From: Flavobacteriales bacterium
Lineage (GTDB): Bacteria; Bacteroidota; Bacteroidia; Flavobacteriales_C; GCA-002722245
NCBI GenBank assembly: GCA_023251075.1
Contig: JAHEZM010000005.1
Location: forward strand, 24,753 to 88,752
Direction: 5' to 3'
DNA: 64,000 bases
The translations under genes and the position numbers were made by a program. The notes under the pieces were generated by a model. That model made no database searches, was not told the DNA's origin, and saw nothing but the letters and a program-made list of their open reading frames with translations. Below, piece by piece: positions 9,050 through 19,000 of this stretch (positions are counted from its first letter, which is position 1; each line of letters starts with the position of its first letter).

Positions 9050-10354
9050 ATGAAATCATATTTGTTTTTGGCAGTTATTGTAGCGTTTAATATCAGCTAT
9101 GCAGGCAACGATACGCTATCGCTGGAAAATGCGATTGAATTGGTTTTAAAAAACAACTACGATCTTCTGGCTACTAAAGCGAATGTTCAAATTGCAAAAA
9201 AAAATGCTACTTATGGTAATGCAGGAATGTTACCCAGTATAAATTTAAACTCATCTTCTTCCATAGCAAGTTACGATCGTCGCCAAAGACTGAGTGATAA
9301 TACAGAATTATATGGAAAAGGAGCCCCTTCTTCTATTATTATAGCTGGTGTTGGTTTTGGTTGGACAGTATTTGATGGCGGTGCAATGTTTGCAAAATAT
9401 AGAGAACTAAAGAACGAGCTTTCCTGGAATGAGGAAGCTTTCAAGTCAAGTCTTGAGTTGGTGGTGGATAGTGTAATGATTCAATATTATACGCTAGCAA
9501 AACAACAAAAAATAGTTTTTTATAAGCAAAAATTTATTGAAATGTATGAGGAGAGAATGCGTATTGCTGAATCGAAGTGGAATTTAGATCTATTATCAAA
9601 GAATGATTATTTACAGGCTAAGGCAGAATTGAATTGGCAAAAGATGCATTTCCTTTATGACGACAATATTCTAAAGGCGCAAAAGGTAAATATGAATAAA
9701 CTTTTATGTCGTGATTTAGAAATAGATTTTGTTGTAAGCGATGAATTTTCTGTTTCTTATAATCCGTCTTTCGAAGAGCTGAAAAAAACTGTTGTTTTAA
9801 ACAATCATTCTATTCGTTTGCAAGAATTAAATTTGGAGAAAGAAAAATTGATTGTAAAACAAGCTAATTCTTTAATGTATCCAAAAATATCTCTTTACAG
9901 CAATTATAACTTCTCTCAAAATAAAGCACAAGCTTCCTGGATTCAGTTAGATCAAACATTGGGCTTTAATGCCGGGGTTAATGCATCTTGGTACATTTAT
10001 AATGGAGGTAATGCAAGAAGACAAATTGCTAATTCCAAGATATTTTTAGATCGATCAAATTTGAAATTAGAATCAACAAAACTAGTGGTGGAGGCATCAT
10101 TGTTAAACGCATACAATTCTTATTTATCCAGTAAAGAGATCTTAAAAATGGCCGAAGAGAATTCGTTGATTGTAGAAGAACATCTCCATTCAATGATGGA
10201 AAGATTTAAATTAGGTCGTTGTATCTCGTTAGAGTTAATGCAAGCTCAGCAAACATATGAATTATCTCAAGTTCAGGTGATTGATAGTAAGTTTCGACTT
10301 AGAATTGCAGAATTAGAATTAATGCGTTTAAATGGTGAATTGGTGAAAATGTAA
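9050..10354 (+). CDS. TolC-family outer-membrane efflux protein
   Basis: Signal peptide followed by the typical OEP start LSLENAIELVLKNNYDLLATKANVQIAKKNATYG and a 434-aa repeated helical/barrel architecture. Confidence 0.8.
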   Translation: MKSYLFLAVIVAFNISYAGNDTLSLENAIELVLKNNYDLLATKANVQIAKKNATYGNAGMLPSINLNSSSSIASYDRRQRLSDNTELYGKGAPSSIIIAGVGFGWTVFDGGAMFAKYRELKNELSWNEEAFKSSLELVVDSVMIQYYTLAKQQKIVFYKQKFIEMYEERMRIAESKWNLDLLSKNDYLQAKAELNWQKMHFLYDDNILKAQKVNMNKLLCRDLEIDFVVSDEFSVSYNPSFEELKKTVVLNNHSIRLQELNLEKEKLIVKQANSLMYPKISLYSNYNFSQNKAQASWIQLDQTLGFNAGVNASWYIYNGGNARRQIANSKIFLDRSNLKLESTKLVVEASLLNAYNSYLSSKEILKMAEENSLIVEEHLHSMMERFKLGRCISLELMQAQQTYELSQVQVIDSKFRLRIAELELMRLNGELVKM

Positions 10355-10405
10355 TTTATTTTCTTTTCGCTGCCCTTAGATAAATAACCCTATCTTCGCG
10401 GCATT

Positions 10406-10843
10406 ATGAAAAGGATAAACGACTTCCGAAAACTCTTGGGTGTTGGCGCAAATGCTGATTTAGCAGAGCTTAAAGCCATTTACAGAAATTTCATGAAGGA
10501 GTTCCATCCCGATAAATTTCAGGAGGAAGAAGCCAAGTTAGAAGCAGAAAGCAAGAGTAAAGCAATTATCGAAGCCTATCATTTTTTAGTGAGTATTTCC
10601 CCCGAAACGCATGAACAGAATAAAGAAGCGTATACTAAAACTCTTACCACTTCTGTTATTGCTGATTTTGAATTTCAAAAATCGGTTTTAAAAATCACTT
10701 TTGTGGATGGAAGTATCTACGAATATTTTGGTGTTCCTAAAAACACCTTTGTGAAATTAATCAATGCCGATTCTCCGGGTAGATATGCTAAGCGACACGT
10801 TTATGATTCTTTTCCATTTAGAAATCTAAAGAAAACAGATTAG
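10406..10843 (+). CDS. J-domain (DnaJ-like) protein with C-terminal KTSC domain
   Basis: HPD motif in KAIYRNFMKEFHPDKF. The C-terminus VLKITFVDGSIYEYFGVPKNTFVKLINADSPGRYAKRHVYDSFPF matches the KTSC domain. Confidence 0.7.
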   Translation: MKRINDFRKLLGVGANADLAELKAIYRNFMKEFHPDKFQEEEAKLEAESKSKAIIEAYHFLVSISPETHEQNKEAYTKTLTTSVIADFEFQKSVLKITFVDGSIYEYFGVPKNTFVKLINADSPGRYAKRHVYDSFPFRNLKKTD

Positions 10844-10890
10844 TTTCTTGAACACGGATTATTTCTTTTTTCAGCAAATTGTTTTCCTGT

Positions 10891-10918
10891 ACCCAACCAA
10901 TGTTGTTTTCAAAACGTA
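10891..10918 (+). promoter_or_regulatory. ECF-sigma-type promoter ACCCAACC-N16-CGTA upstream of 10950
   Basis: gtACCCAACCaatgttgttttcaaaaCGTATTCTAtgg with a spacer of exactly 16 nt; it lies 32 nt upstream of the ATG. Confidence 0.6.
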
Positions 10919-10949
10919 TTCTATGGTTAAACCATAAAACTACTAGGTT

Positions 10950-12800
10950 ATGAATACTAAAACAGGTGATCAAAATATTTTGACTTTTGTATTTGCACTG
11001 GTGTTATCAGTGTTTTCAACCTTTGTGTTGAATGCTCAAAATGTAATTTCTCGAGATAAATTCAACGACAAAGCTTTATTGTATACCGCAGCTTATACTG
11101 CAGGAACAACAGTTACCACGAGCAATGATGCACAAGATTTTATTACCGCACCTTCGAGTGTGGCAATGAATTATTCAATTGCTAAAAAAGTGGGGAATGT
11201 TGCCAATAGCTATTTTGCATCGATGATGAACTATGTGAAATACCCAAAAGATTGGTCGTTTAATGTCGATAAAATTATCCTTAAACATAAAGGGGGATCA
11301 AACAAGCTGGCCATTAAAATTAAGTTGTATGAAGACAATGACATTTCGGGTGGTAATACTGCCGGAGATGAGCAATGGATGAGCACTTCGGTAACTGCAG
11401 GTCAATTGGGATGGACTACCTCTGAGTTTAATTTGGTTGATTTTACCCGTGTGGGCTCTACAGGAGCAGTGAATAGTAGTATTGATTTAAATCGTTTAAG
11501 GGCATGGGAAATTTATGTGGAGGATGTATCGGGAAAAGGAGATACCTCAGTAATAAAATTTGATGAATTATTAATTCACACCAATTACACTTCACCTACT
11601 TCTGGTGATGCTTACGTAACAGGTGCTTTTACACAATTGTGGAATGATGTAGGTTGTAAATGTGGTTTGTGGAATCAGGCGAGATGGGAGCAGGAATTTC
11701 AGAAAATGAAAGACATGAAGATGACTTCTTTTGTAATACAATACGGAGTATATGATATTTATTCATGGTATTCTCCAACTACAGTTCCGGGAATTACTCA
11801 GGGCAATACTTTCAACACCATTAACACGATGGTTAAAGCGGCTGAAAATGTAGGAATAGGATTGTATATTGGTTTGTATTATACCCCTTCGAAATGGGAT
11901 AATGCCAGTAAAACCAATGCAGCTACCTATTCGAATTTGTTGGTTACACAAAAACATGTGATTGATGACATTCATAATTTATTTGGTTCAAGCACTGCCT
12001 TTAAAGGTTGGTATATTCCGGAAGAAATTGATGATTATTCCTGGCAATCGGGCAACGCTAAAACCTATTTATTTCAATGGGTGCAAGATGTTGCTGCCTA
12101 TGCGCATACAAAAAATGCGCAAAAACCAGTAATGATTTCCCCTTTCTTTAATTTGTGGATGCCTGCCGATTGGCTAAAGCAATGGTATGAAGATTTTTTT
12201 ATTGCTGCTCCCGATTTAGATTTAGTAATTCCGCAGGATGGAGTGGGTATTACTCTCAAAAATGTGAATTATGATGTACCCCTTTATCTTTCAAAAATTA
12301 AAGAAGCTTGCGATGCACATCAGGTACAATTTGGTGTAAATATTGAATCGTTTCAACAAACTTCGGGATGGCCGATCGACAATGGTAATTTTGCGGCTAC
12401 TTCTGCTACTATCGATAGATATAAAGCACAATTGTGGGAAGCTGGATTACACAACCCGGTAGAAATTTTAACTTTCGAATGGGCCTATATGGAACCAGGA
12501 AATGGCGCCGCTGCAGATGATTTATACAACAATTATTTATTGTATGTGACTTCCATTACAACTAATGTTGCAGAAACTATTGATAACGTTATTCAGGTTT
12601 ATCCTAATCCGGCTAATCAGCACCTCTATTTCAATCAAAAAATTTCATCGGTGAAGTTATTTAGTGTTGAAGGAAAATTATTACTGACACAAAATAATAT
12701 TCAATCGTTAGATGTTGCTCTGTTGCCCGCAGCAGTTTATACGCTGCAAGTTCAGCAAGCCAATGGTGCACTACAAATTTTAAAAGTGGTGAAAGACTAA
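10950..12800 (+). CDS. Secreted TIM-barrel glycoside-hydrolase-like protein (DUF4434-like), T9SS type-A cargo
   Basis: Signal peptide and C-terminal Por_Secre_tail (VYPNPANQHLYFN...LQILKVVKD). The central region CKCGLWNQARWEQEFQKMKDMKMTSFVIQY resembles the DUF4434/GH-like family. Confidence 0.5.
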   Translation: MNTKTGDQNILTFVFALVLSVFSTFVLNAQNVISRDKFNDKALLYTAAYTAGTTVTTSNDAQDFITAPSSVAMNYSIAKKVGNVANSYFASMMNYVKYPKDWSFNVDKIILKHKGGSNKLAIKIKLYEDNDISGGNTAGDEQWMSTSVTAGQLGWTTSEFNLVDFTRVGSTGAVNSSIDLNRLRAWEIYVEDVSGKGDTSVIKFDELLIHTNYTSPTSGDAYVTGAFTQLWNDVGCKCGLWNQARWEQEFQKMKDMKMTSFVIQYGVYDIYSWYSPTTVPGITQGNTFNTINTMVKAAENVGIGLYIGLYYTPSKWDNASKTNAATYSNLLVTQKHVIDDIHNLFGSSTAFKGWYIPEEIDDYSWQSGNAKTYLFQWVQDVAAYAHTKNAQKPVMISPFFNLWMPADWLKQWYEDFFIAAPDLDLVIPQDGVGITLKNVNYDVPLYLSKIKEACDAHQVQFGVNIESFQQTSGWPIDNGNFAATSATIDRYKAQLWEAGLHNPVEILTFEWAYMEPGNGAAADDLYNNYLLYVTSITTNVAETIDNVIQVYPNPANQHLYFNQKISSVKLFSVEGKLLLTQNNIQSLDVALLPAAVYTLQVQQANGALQILKVVKD

Positions 12801-12809
12801 CCCCATAAA

Positions 12810-12858
12810 TTCAAGAAAGAAGGAGATTGATTTATATCCTTCTTTCTTGAATTTTTTG
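12810..12858 (+). terminator. Rho-independent terminator
   Basis: 14-bp perfect stem ttcaagaaagaagg/ccttctttcttgaa followed by TTTTTT. Confidence 0.7.
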
Positions 12859-12862
12859 ACTT

Positions 12863-12890
12863 ACCCAACCTCTTTCCTTTTTGCTCCGTA
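12863..12890 (+). promoter_or_regulatory. ECF-sigma-type promoter upstream of 12934
   Basis: ttACCCAACCtctttcctttttgctcCGTATTCTTAAG, spacer 16 nt. Confidence 0.6.
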
Positions 12891-12933
12891 TTCTTAAGTT
12901 ACGAGGCTTCTGTTCAAATTAATTCTTATTACT

Positions 12934-14736
12934 ATGAAAGCGAAAAAAATCATTCGTATAGTATTGTTGGCATGTATTCAATCGCAATTTTTATTTGCTC
13001 AATTGATACCCGATTGGAGAAGAATAGATTGGTCGGCGGCAGGCTACGAAGGCGAAATTCCATGCTATACCAATTTAAGAGATGCTGTAGTAGAATTTGG
13101 TATGGACAATACAGGACTTACCGATAATGCTAAAAAAATTAACGATGCTATTAAATTAATTAACCCAGGTGAAGTACTTTATTTTCCTAATGGAACTTAC
13201 TTAATAAAAACACAAATTAATTTGAAATCGAATGTGGTGATTAGGGGAGAATCGGTTACAGGAACTTTATTAAAATTCACTTTTACCCAAGATTTAGATT
13301 GTTTTTCATTGGTAGGAAAATCAACACAAAATGTTACAACAATTACCGACCCAAAAACGAAAGATTCATATACTGTTGTGGTAGCCAATACAACAGGTTT
13401 AGCAGTAGGTCAATTATTGGAAATTGAACAGGAAAATGATACTGCTTTGCATTTCGGTCATAGTTGGAATAATGCCGATTGGGCACAATGTTTAAAAGGT
13501 CAGCTGGTTAAAATTACTGCGGTAGATCTTCTCACAAAAACACTCACTTTCGATAGGCCTCTAAGTATTGATTATGATAAAAAATACAAATTCAGAGTGC
13601 ATGTTCTGGATCCAATAAAACAAGTTGGAATTGAAAATTTACACATGATTAGAACCGATAAAACGGGAGGCTATAATGGAAATAATATCATGATGATTTA
13701 TGCACAAAATTGTTGGGTGAAAGGAGTGCATAGTGAATTTACTGCGCGTTATCATTTTAGGTTAGACAGATCCACCAATCTTGCAATTCGTGATAGTTAT
13801 ATTGAAAATGCTTATTACTGGGGAGCAGGTGGTGCTGCCTATGGTGTGATGTGTGCCGATCATACCTGTAACTCTTTAGTGGAGAATAATATTTTTCGCA
13901 TGCTTCGCCATTCATTGATTGTGAAAGAAGGCGCAAATTCTAATGTGTATGCTTACAATTATGTTTATCAAAGTAAATGGGATGGTACTGATTTTCCTGC
14001 CGATATTTCTTTACATGGACACTATGCTTTTGAAAATTTATTTGAAGGAAATGTGGTGCGTAGAGGAACTATTTCTGATAGCTGGGGACCTACCGGACCA
14101 GGCAATACTTTTTTGAGAAATAGAGTTGAAGGCTTTAAAAATTTATGGATACAAGATCTTTCTCATTACCAAAATTTTATTGCCAATGAATTTACTTTTG
14201 TAGGTACTAAAAATAAAAATCCCGGTATTGAAAATGATCACGATAACTCGGGTGTTAAGGGAATTATAAGAAGAGAAAACAGAAATGTGGTAGGTGTTGA
14301 TACCCTTACTCAATATGAAGTTCCGGCCTCTTATTATTTGAATGCTAAGCCCAATTTTTTTGGTAGTATGCCGTGGCCTAATATTGGAAAAGGAACTACT
14401 TATGGTACGGGTATGAATCCGGCCAAATTGCGATGGCTTACCGATAGTTTAAATCCAATTCCTGAATGGAACAATTGTGTAATTACATCAATGCAAACAG
14501 CAAAATTAAGTGGAGTTGATTTTTATCCTAATCCCACCAATCACGTATTTACAGTGCATGTAGAGAATCAATCGTTAATTAATGTGTGGGTTTATGATGC
14601 TTTAGGGAAGGAAGTATTTTGTACTTCAGCAAATGCTAATATTTCGTTTGGCGAAAATTTAGCGCCTGGTATTTACTGGGTAAAAATTCAACAAGAATCA
14701 AATGCCTCCTTCACTTATAAAGCCATACGATTATGA
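12934..14736 (+). CDS. Right-handed beta-helix (pectate-lyase superfamily) protein, T9SS type-A cargo
   Basis: Signal peptide. NPGEVLYFPNGTYLI matches the Pectate_lyase_3 motif. The C-terminal CTD is FYPNPTNHVFTVH...YKAIRL. Confidence 0.65.
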   Translation: MKAKKIIRIVLLACIQSQFLFAQLIPDWRRIDWSAAGYEGEIPCYTNLRDAVVEFGMDNTGLTDNAKKINDAIKLINPGEVLYFPNGTYLIKTQINLKSNVVIRGESVTGTLLKFTFTQDLDCFSLVGKSTQNVTTITDPKTKDSYTVVVANTTGLAVGQLLEIEQENDTALHFGHSWNNADWAQCLKGQLVKITAVDLLTKTLTFDRPLSIDYDKKYKFRVHVLDPIKQVGIENLHMIRTDKTGGYNGNNIMMIYAQNCWVKGVHSEFTARYHFRLDRSTNLAIRDSYIENAYYWGAGGAAYGVMCADHTCNSLVENNIFRMLRHSLIVKEGANSNVYAYNYVYQSKWDGTDFPADISLHGHYAFENLFEGNVVRRGTISDSWGPTGPGNTFLRNRVEGFKNLWIQDLSHYQNFIANEFTFVGTKNKNPGIENDHDNSGVKGIIRRENRNVVGVDTLTQYEVPASYYLNAKPNFFGSMPWPNIGKGTTYGTGMNPAKLRWLTDSLNPIPEWNNCVITSMQTAKLSGVDFYPNPTNHVFTVHVENQSLINVWVYDALGKEVFCTSANANISFGENLAPGIYWVKIQQESNASFTYKAIRL

Positions 14737-15836
14737 GAACTAAATTAATTTCTTTATTCATTTTTATTTTTTCACAACATTTTTTGTTGGGTCAGCAAAT
14801 CATTGATCTTACACGACTTTATGGCGTAACTATCGATGATGTTTCTAATGTTTCGGCTATTAAAAAATCTTTAGCTAAGCATTGTAAAAAAATGACTGCA
14901 AGAATTGTGTTCGATGAATTTGTGCCCGCAACTGATTATGTAGAAGCAGTAGATTCTATTCACGATGTTGCATTTATTTTGGGGGAAATTTTAGATAGTT
15001 ATTATGTGGATGCTGTTTCTGTAAATGAATATGCGGCACGCACCACAGAGTATTTAGATGCTTTTGAAGATAAAGTAGATATTTGGGAAATTGGAAATGA
15101 AATCAATGGCGAGTGGGTGGGCAATCCTTCTGATGTGGTGGCTAAAATTACCGACGCCTATCATCAGGTAAAACAAAGAGGAAAAAAGGCTGAGCTCACT
15201 TTGTATTATAATTCTGATTGTTTTGATAATGCTGCCAATGAAATGTTTACCTGGACAAAAGCCAATGTTCCCAATGAATTGAAACAAGGCTTAGATTATG
15301 TTTTAGTGAGTTATTATGAAGACGATTGTAATTTATTTCAACCCAATTGGCAAGAAGTTTTTGATAGTTTACATGTTTTATTTCCCAATTCTAAAATTGG
15401 AATGGGTGAGTGTGGTACCGATACAGTGATTAAAAAAGCTGGTTTTATTGATCGATATTACAACATGAATATTTCTACTCCTAATTATGTGGGTGGATAT
15501 TTTTGGTGGTATTATGTTCACGATGCGGTGCCTTACACCCAACCGTTATGGAATGAAATTAATAATCAATTGTGTTCGAATCAAACCAACTCTGCTGTAG
15601 AATTGTTTGAAGGGGAAGTTTCTATTTACAATAACACAAATTCCGCTTCTTTTATTTTTAAAGCCTCTGATAATAGTTCTTATACTCTTAATGTTTATAA
15701 TGCTTTAGGAGAAAAGATAGAGCAAGCGAGTGCAGTAAATTCTTTACAATTTGGCAGCAATTTTTCATCGGGAATTTATTTTGTAACAGTAGTAAATAGT
15801 TCCAATCAATCAACAGTTTTTTCAGTGGTTAAATAG
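14733..15836 (+). CDS. Clan GH-A-like glycoside hydrolase, T9SS type-A cargo
   Basis: Signal peptide. A DIWEIGNEINGEW-type catalytic NE motif. C-terminal CTD IYNNTNSASFIFKA...STVFSVVK. A 4-nt overlap with the previous gene indicates an operon. Confidence 0.45.
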   Translation: MRTKLISLFIFIFSQHFLLGQQIIDLTRLYGVTIDDVSNVSAIKKSLAKHCKKMTARIVFDEFVPATDYVEAVDSIHDVAFILGEILDSYYVDAVSVNEYAARTTEYLDAFEDKVDIWEIGNEINGEWVGNPSDVVAKITDAYHQVKQRGKKAELTLYYNSDCFDNAANEMFTWTKANVPNELKQGLDYVLVSYYEDDCNLFQPNWQEVFDSLHVLFPNSKIGMGECGTDTVIKKAGFIDRYYNMNISTPNYVGGYFWWYYVHDAVPYTQPLWNEINNQLCSNQTNSAVELFEGEVSIYNNTNSASFIFKASDNSSYTLNVYNALGEKIEQASAVNSLQFGSNFSSGIYFVTVVNSSNQSTVFSVVK

Positions 15837-15856
15837 TAGTTTTTTAAAGTTGGGAG

Positions 15857-15887
15857 GCGCCCCGTAATCTTACGGGGCGCTTTTTTT
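15857..15887 (+). terminator. Rho-independent terminator
   Basis: ggcgccccgtaaTCttacggggcgc followed by TTTTTTT. Confidence 0.8.
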
Positions 15888-15889
15888 AC

Positions 15890-15917
15890 ACCCAACCTCC
15901 ATGAATTTTGTAACGTA
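15890..15917 (+). promoter_or_regulatory. ECF-sigma-type promoter upstream of 16019
   Basis: acACCCAACCtccatgaattttgtaaCGTACTCTTATG, spacer 16 nt. The leader is about 100 nt. Confidence 0.55.
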
Positions 15918-16018
15918 CTCTTATGTAGAGGGGGAATTGTACGGGCAGTTTTATTTTTCCTTATCACCAACAAAACTTAACTAAACGGGAGGAGATGTTT
16001 TACTTCTAAAATTTAGTT

Positions 16019-19000
16019 ATGGAAAACTTGTTTTGTATTTTAATTAAAAAAAGTAAAAACGCTTTAAAATTAAATGTTTTAGTGCTTTTTATTCTGTTGT
16101 TTACTACTGTAAACGCACAATATCAACAGTGGTATTTTGGTCAAAAACTAGGCTTAAATTTTTCTACCGGAAATCCTGTTATTTCAAATATTCCTGTGGG
16201 CAAAGGACCAACGGATATTTATGAAGCTATATCTGTAGTAAGTGATAATGCGGGGAACTTGCTTTTTTATACAGATGGCATTTCAGTATGGGATGCTACA
16301 CATACAGTAATGCAAGGTGTAGGAGGAGGATTGGATGGTTCTAGTGATGGAGGAGCCATTACGGGTAGCAGTGTACAAGGGGCGGTAATTATGCAAATGC
16401 CAGGTTCAACTGTGAGGTATATGATTATTTCTGTTGATTGTATGCAGGATGTAATGGCAGGAAGTTCTAAAGGAATGCGCCTTACGGTGGTGGATATGTC
16501 GCTCAAAGGCGGTAAAGGGGATATTGTGGCCTCACAAAAAAATAGTCAACTCAGAAATGGTTTAGCGGCTAATTTAGTTGGAGAGATGATAGGTGTGGTG
16601 AGTGGAGATTGTAATACCAATTGGATAGTGGTACACGGTGTGGGGGTGAATGGCAATAAGTTTTATGCATATAAAATTACCTCAGGTTCTACTGTAAATA
16701 ATATAAGTGGCGGTGGTTCTCCAGTGATTTCAACAGTAGGTCCAACCCTTGCGGCTAACGATCAAGGAAGAGGAAGTATGGTTTTTAGTCATAGCGCTGT
16801 TGCTCCAAATATTCATAAAATGGGATTAACTTCTCAGGGTGTTGGTGCTTTTCTTTTCGATTTTAATACCAGTACCGGAGTGGTTTCTAATGCAACAACG
16901 ATATCTTCCTCCAATACCATGTTTTATTATGGTGCAGAATTTTCTCCCGACAATTCTAAATTTTATTTTTCCAATTATATTTCTTCAGGAAATCCGTCAT
17001 TGTATCAGTATGATTTAAACACAACGGCTTTAAATAGCTTGCCTAATGCTACTACGGATGATATTGGTAGTATTCGTTTGGCTCCTGATAATAAGTTGTA
17101 TTGTGCCCCACGTTTAGGAAGCGGATTAAGTGTGATTAATAGTCCGAATTCTTCTTTTGCTGCCATTAATTTTGTTAAGGATGTTATTTCATTTGCGCCT
17201 GCAACTATTAGTTTAGGATTACCAGAAATGTATGTTTGTTCTTCTGCTATTCCATGTGGAGACACTACGCTTACTGCTTCTATTCCTTCTGTTTGTACAA
17301 GCAATGGAAGTTTTGATTTGAATTCTTACAATGGTACTTCTGATGCTGGAACATGGACGATCTCTAATGCTCCTTTGGGTTCAACAGCAACCATAAGTTC
17401 GGCGCACATTTTTAATATCAATAATTCTGTTGCAGGTAATTATACAGTTCGCCACACTTTAACAACTGTTTCCCCTAGTTGTCCTTCTTATTCAGAAAGA
17501 ACTTTTCAAGTTTATGCTTTACCCGTTGTGGATCTTTCCGATCAAACTATTTGTAGTGGCACAACGGCTACTTTTGATGCGGGAGCAGGAATGAATAGTT
17601 ACAATTGGACAGGACCGTCTTCCTACACTTCTACTTCGCAAAGTATTACTGTATCTATTCCGGGAGTTTATGCAGTTACAGTTTCTAATGCTAATTGTTC
17701 AGCAAATGCTTCTGCCTTGTTAATTGTAAAATCATTACCCTTGGTTTCTAATTTAATAGATCAAAGCGTATGTTTTGGTGAAAGCGCAACGTTCGATGCA
17801 GGTGCAGGCAAAGTAGCGTATCATTGGACTGGTCCGAATGGATATACCGACACGACACAAAGTATTACAGTAAATGCCGCAGGTATATATTCTGTAACAG
17901 CAGACAGCAATGGATGTACATCGTTGGCAGAGAGTGTAGATTTGAATATAAAATCTCTACCACTAGTTTCAACATTAAATAATCAAAGCGTATGTTTTGG
18001 TGAAAGCGCAACGTTCGATGCAGGTGCAGGCAAAGCAGCGTATCATTGGACTGGTCCGAATGGCTATACAAATACCTCACAAAGTATTACAGTAAATGCA
18101 GCAGGTACATATTCTGTAACAGCAGACAGCAATGGATGTACATCATTGACAGAGAGTGTAGATTTGAATATAAAATCTCTACCACTAGTTTCAACATTAA
18201 ATAATCAAAGCGTATGTTTTGGTGAAAGCGCAACGTTCGATACAGGTGCAGGCAAAGCAGCGTATCATTGGACTGGTCCGAATGGATATACTAACACGAC
18301 ACAAAGTATTACAGTAAATGTAGCGGGCACATATTCTGTAACAGTAGACAGCAACGGATGTACATCACTATCAGCAAGTGTTGATTTAACAATAAATGCA
18401 TTACCTAATATTTCGGTAAATACAGTAAATGATCTTTGCGAAAATACTACACCCGAAATTTTAACAGCAAATCCATCTGGAGGAAAATGGATTATTGATG
18501 GAAATATAATTACTAATATTGGTGATCCTTCCATTTTAACATCAGGACAACATAGCGCCAAATATTATTTTACAGATGGGAATAATTGTGTTGATAGTTC
18601 TGCACTACAGCTGTTTTCTGTTTTTGATGTAGACACTGTTGATTTAGTGGATGCAGAATATTGCGCTGGAAGTTTTTATCAATTTTCTTTGCCAAATAAT
18701 TGGGATAAATATTGGTGGAATAATATTTTAGGCACGAATCAATTTACGGTGAATTCAGGATCACAAACAGTGGTGCTTCGTGTGGAAGATGTGAATGGAT
18801 GTTTCACTCAGGATTCTGCTTTCGTGAATGAATTGGAAATCGCGATTCCGGATTTAGGAGATAATAAAAGTATTTGTGAATTTGAAAATATAATTCTTTC
18901 TCCCGGAACACCACACGACTTAAAATATCTTTGGTCGAATGCTGATACAACATCCCAAATAACAGTTGATTCAGAAGGGGGGTATAAAGTAACCGTGTCG

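Noticed and set aside
17729-18394. Possible CRISPR array suggested by regular near-identical repeats.
   Set aside because: The units are 222 bp, directly abutting with no spacers, and in-frame coding for a protein domain. Not CRISPR, and no cas genes are present.
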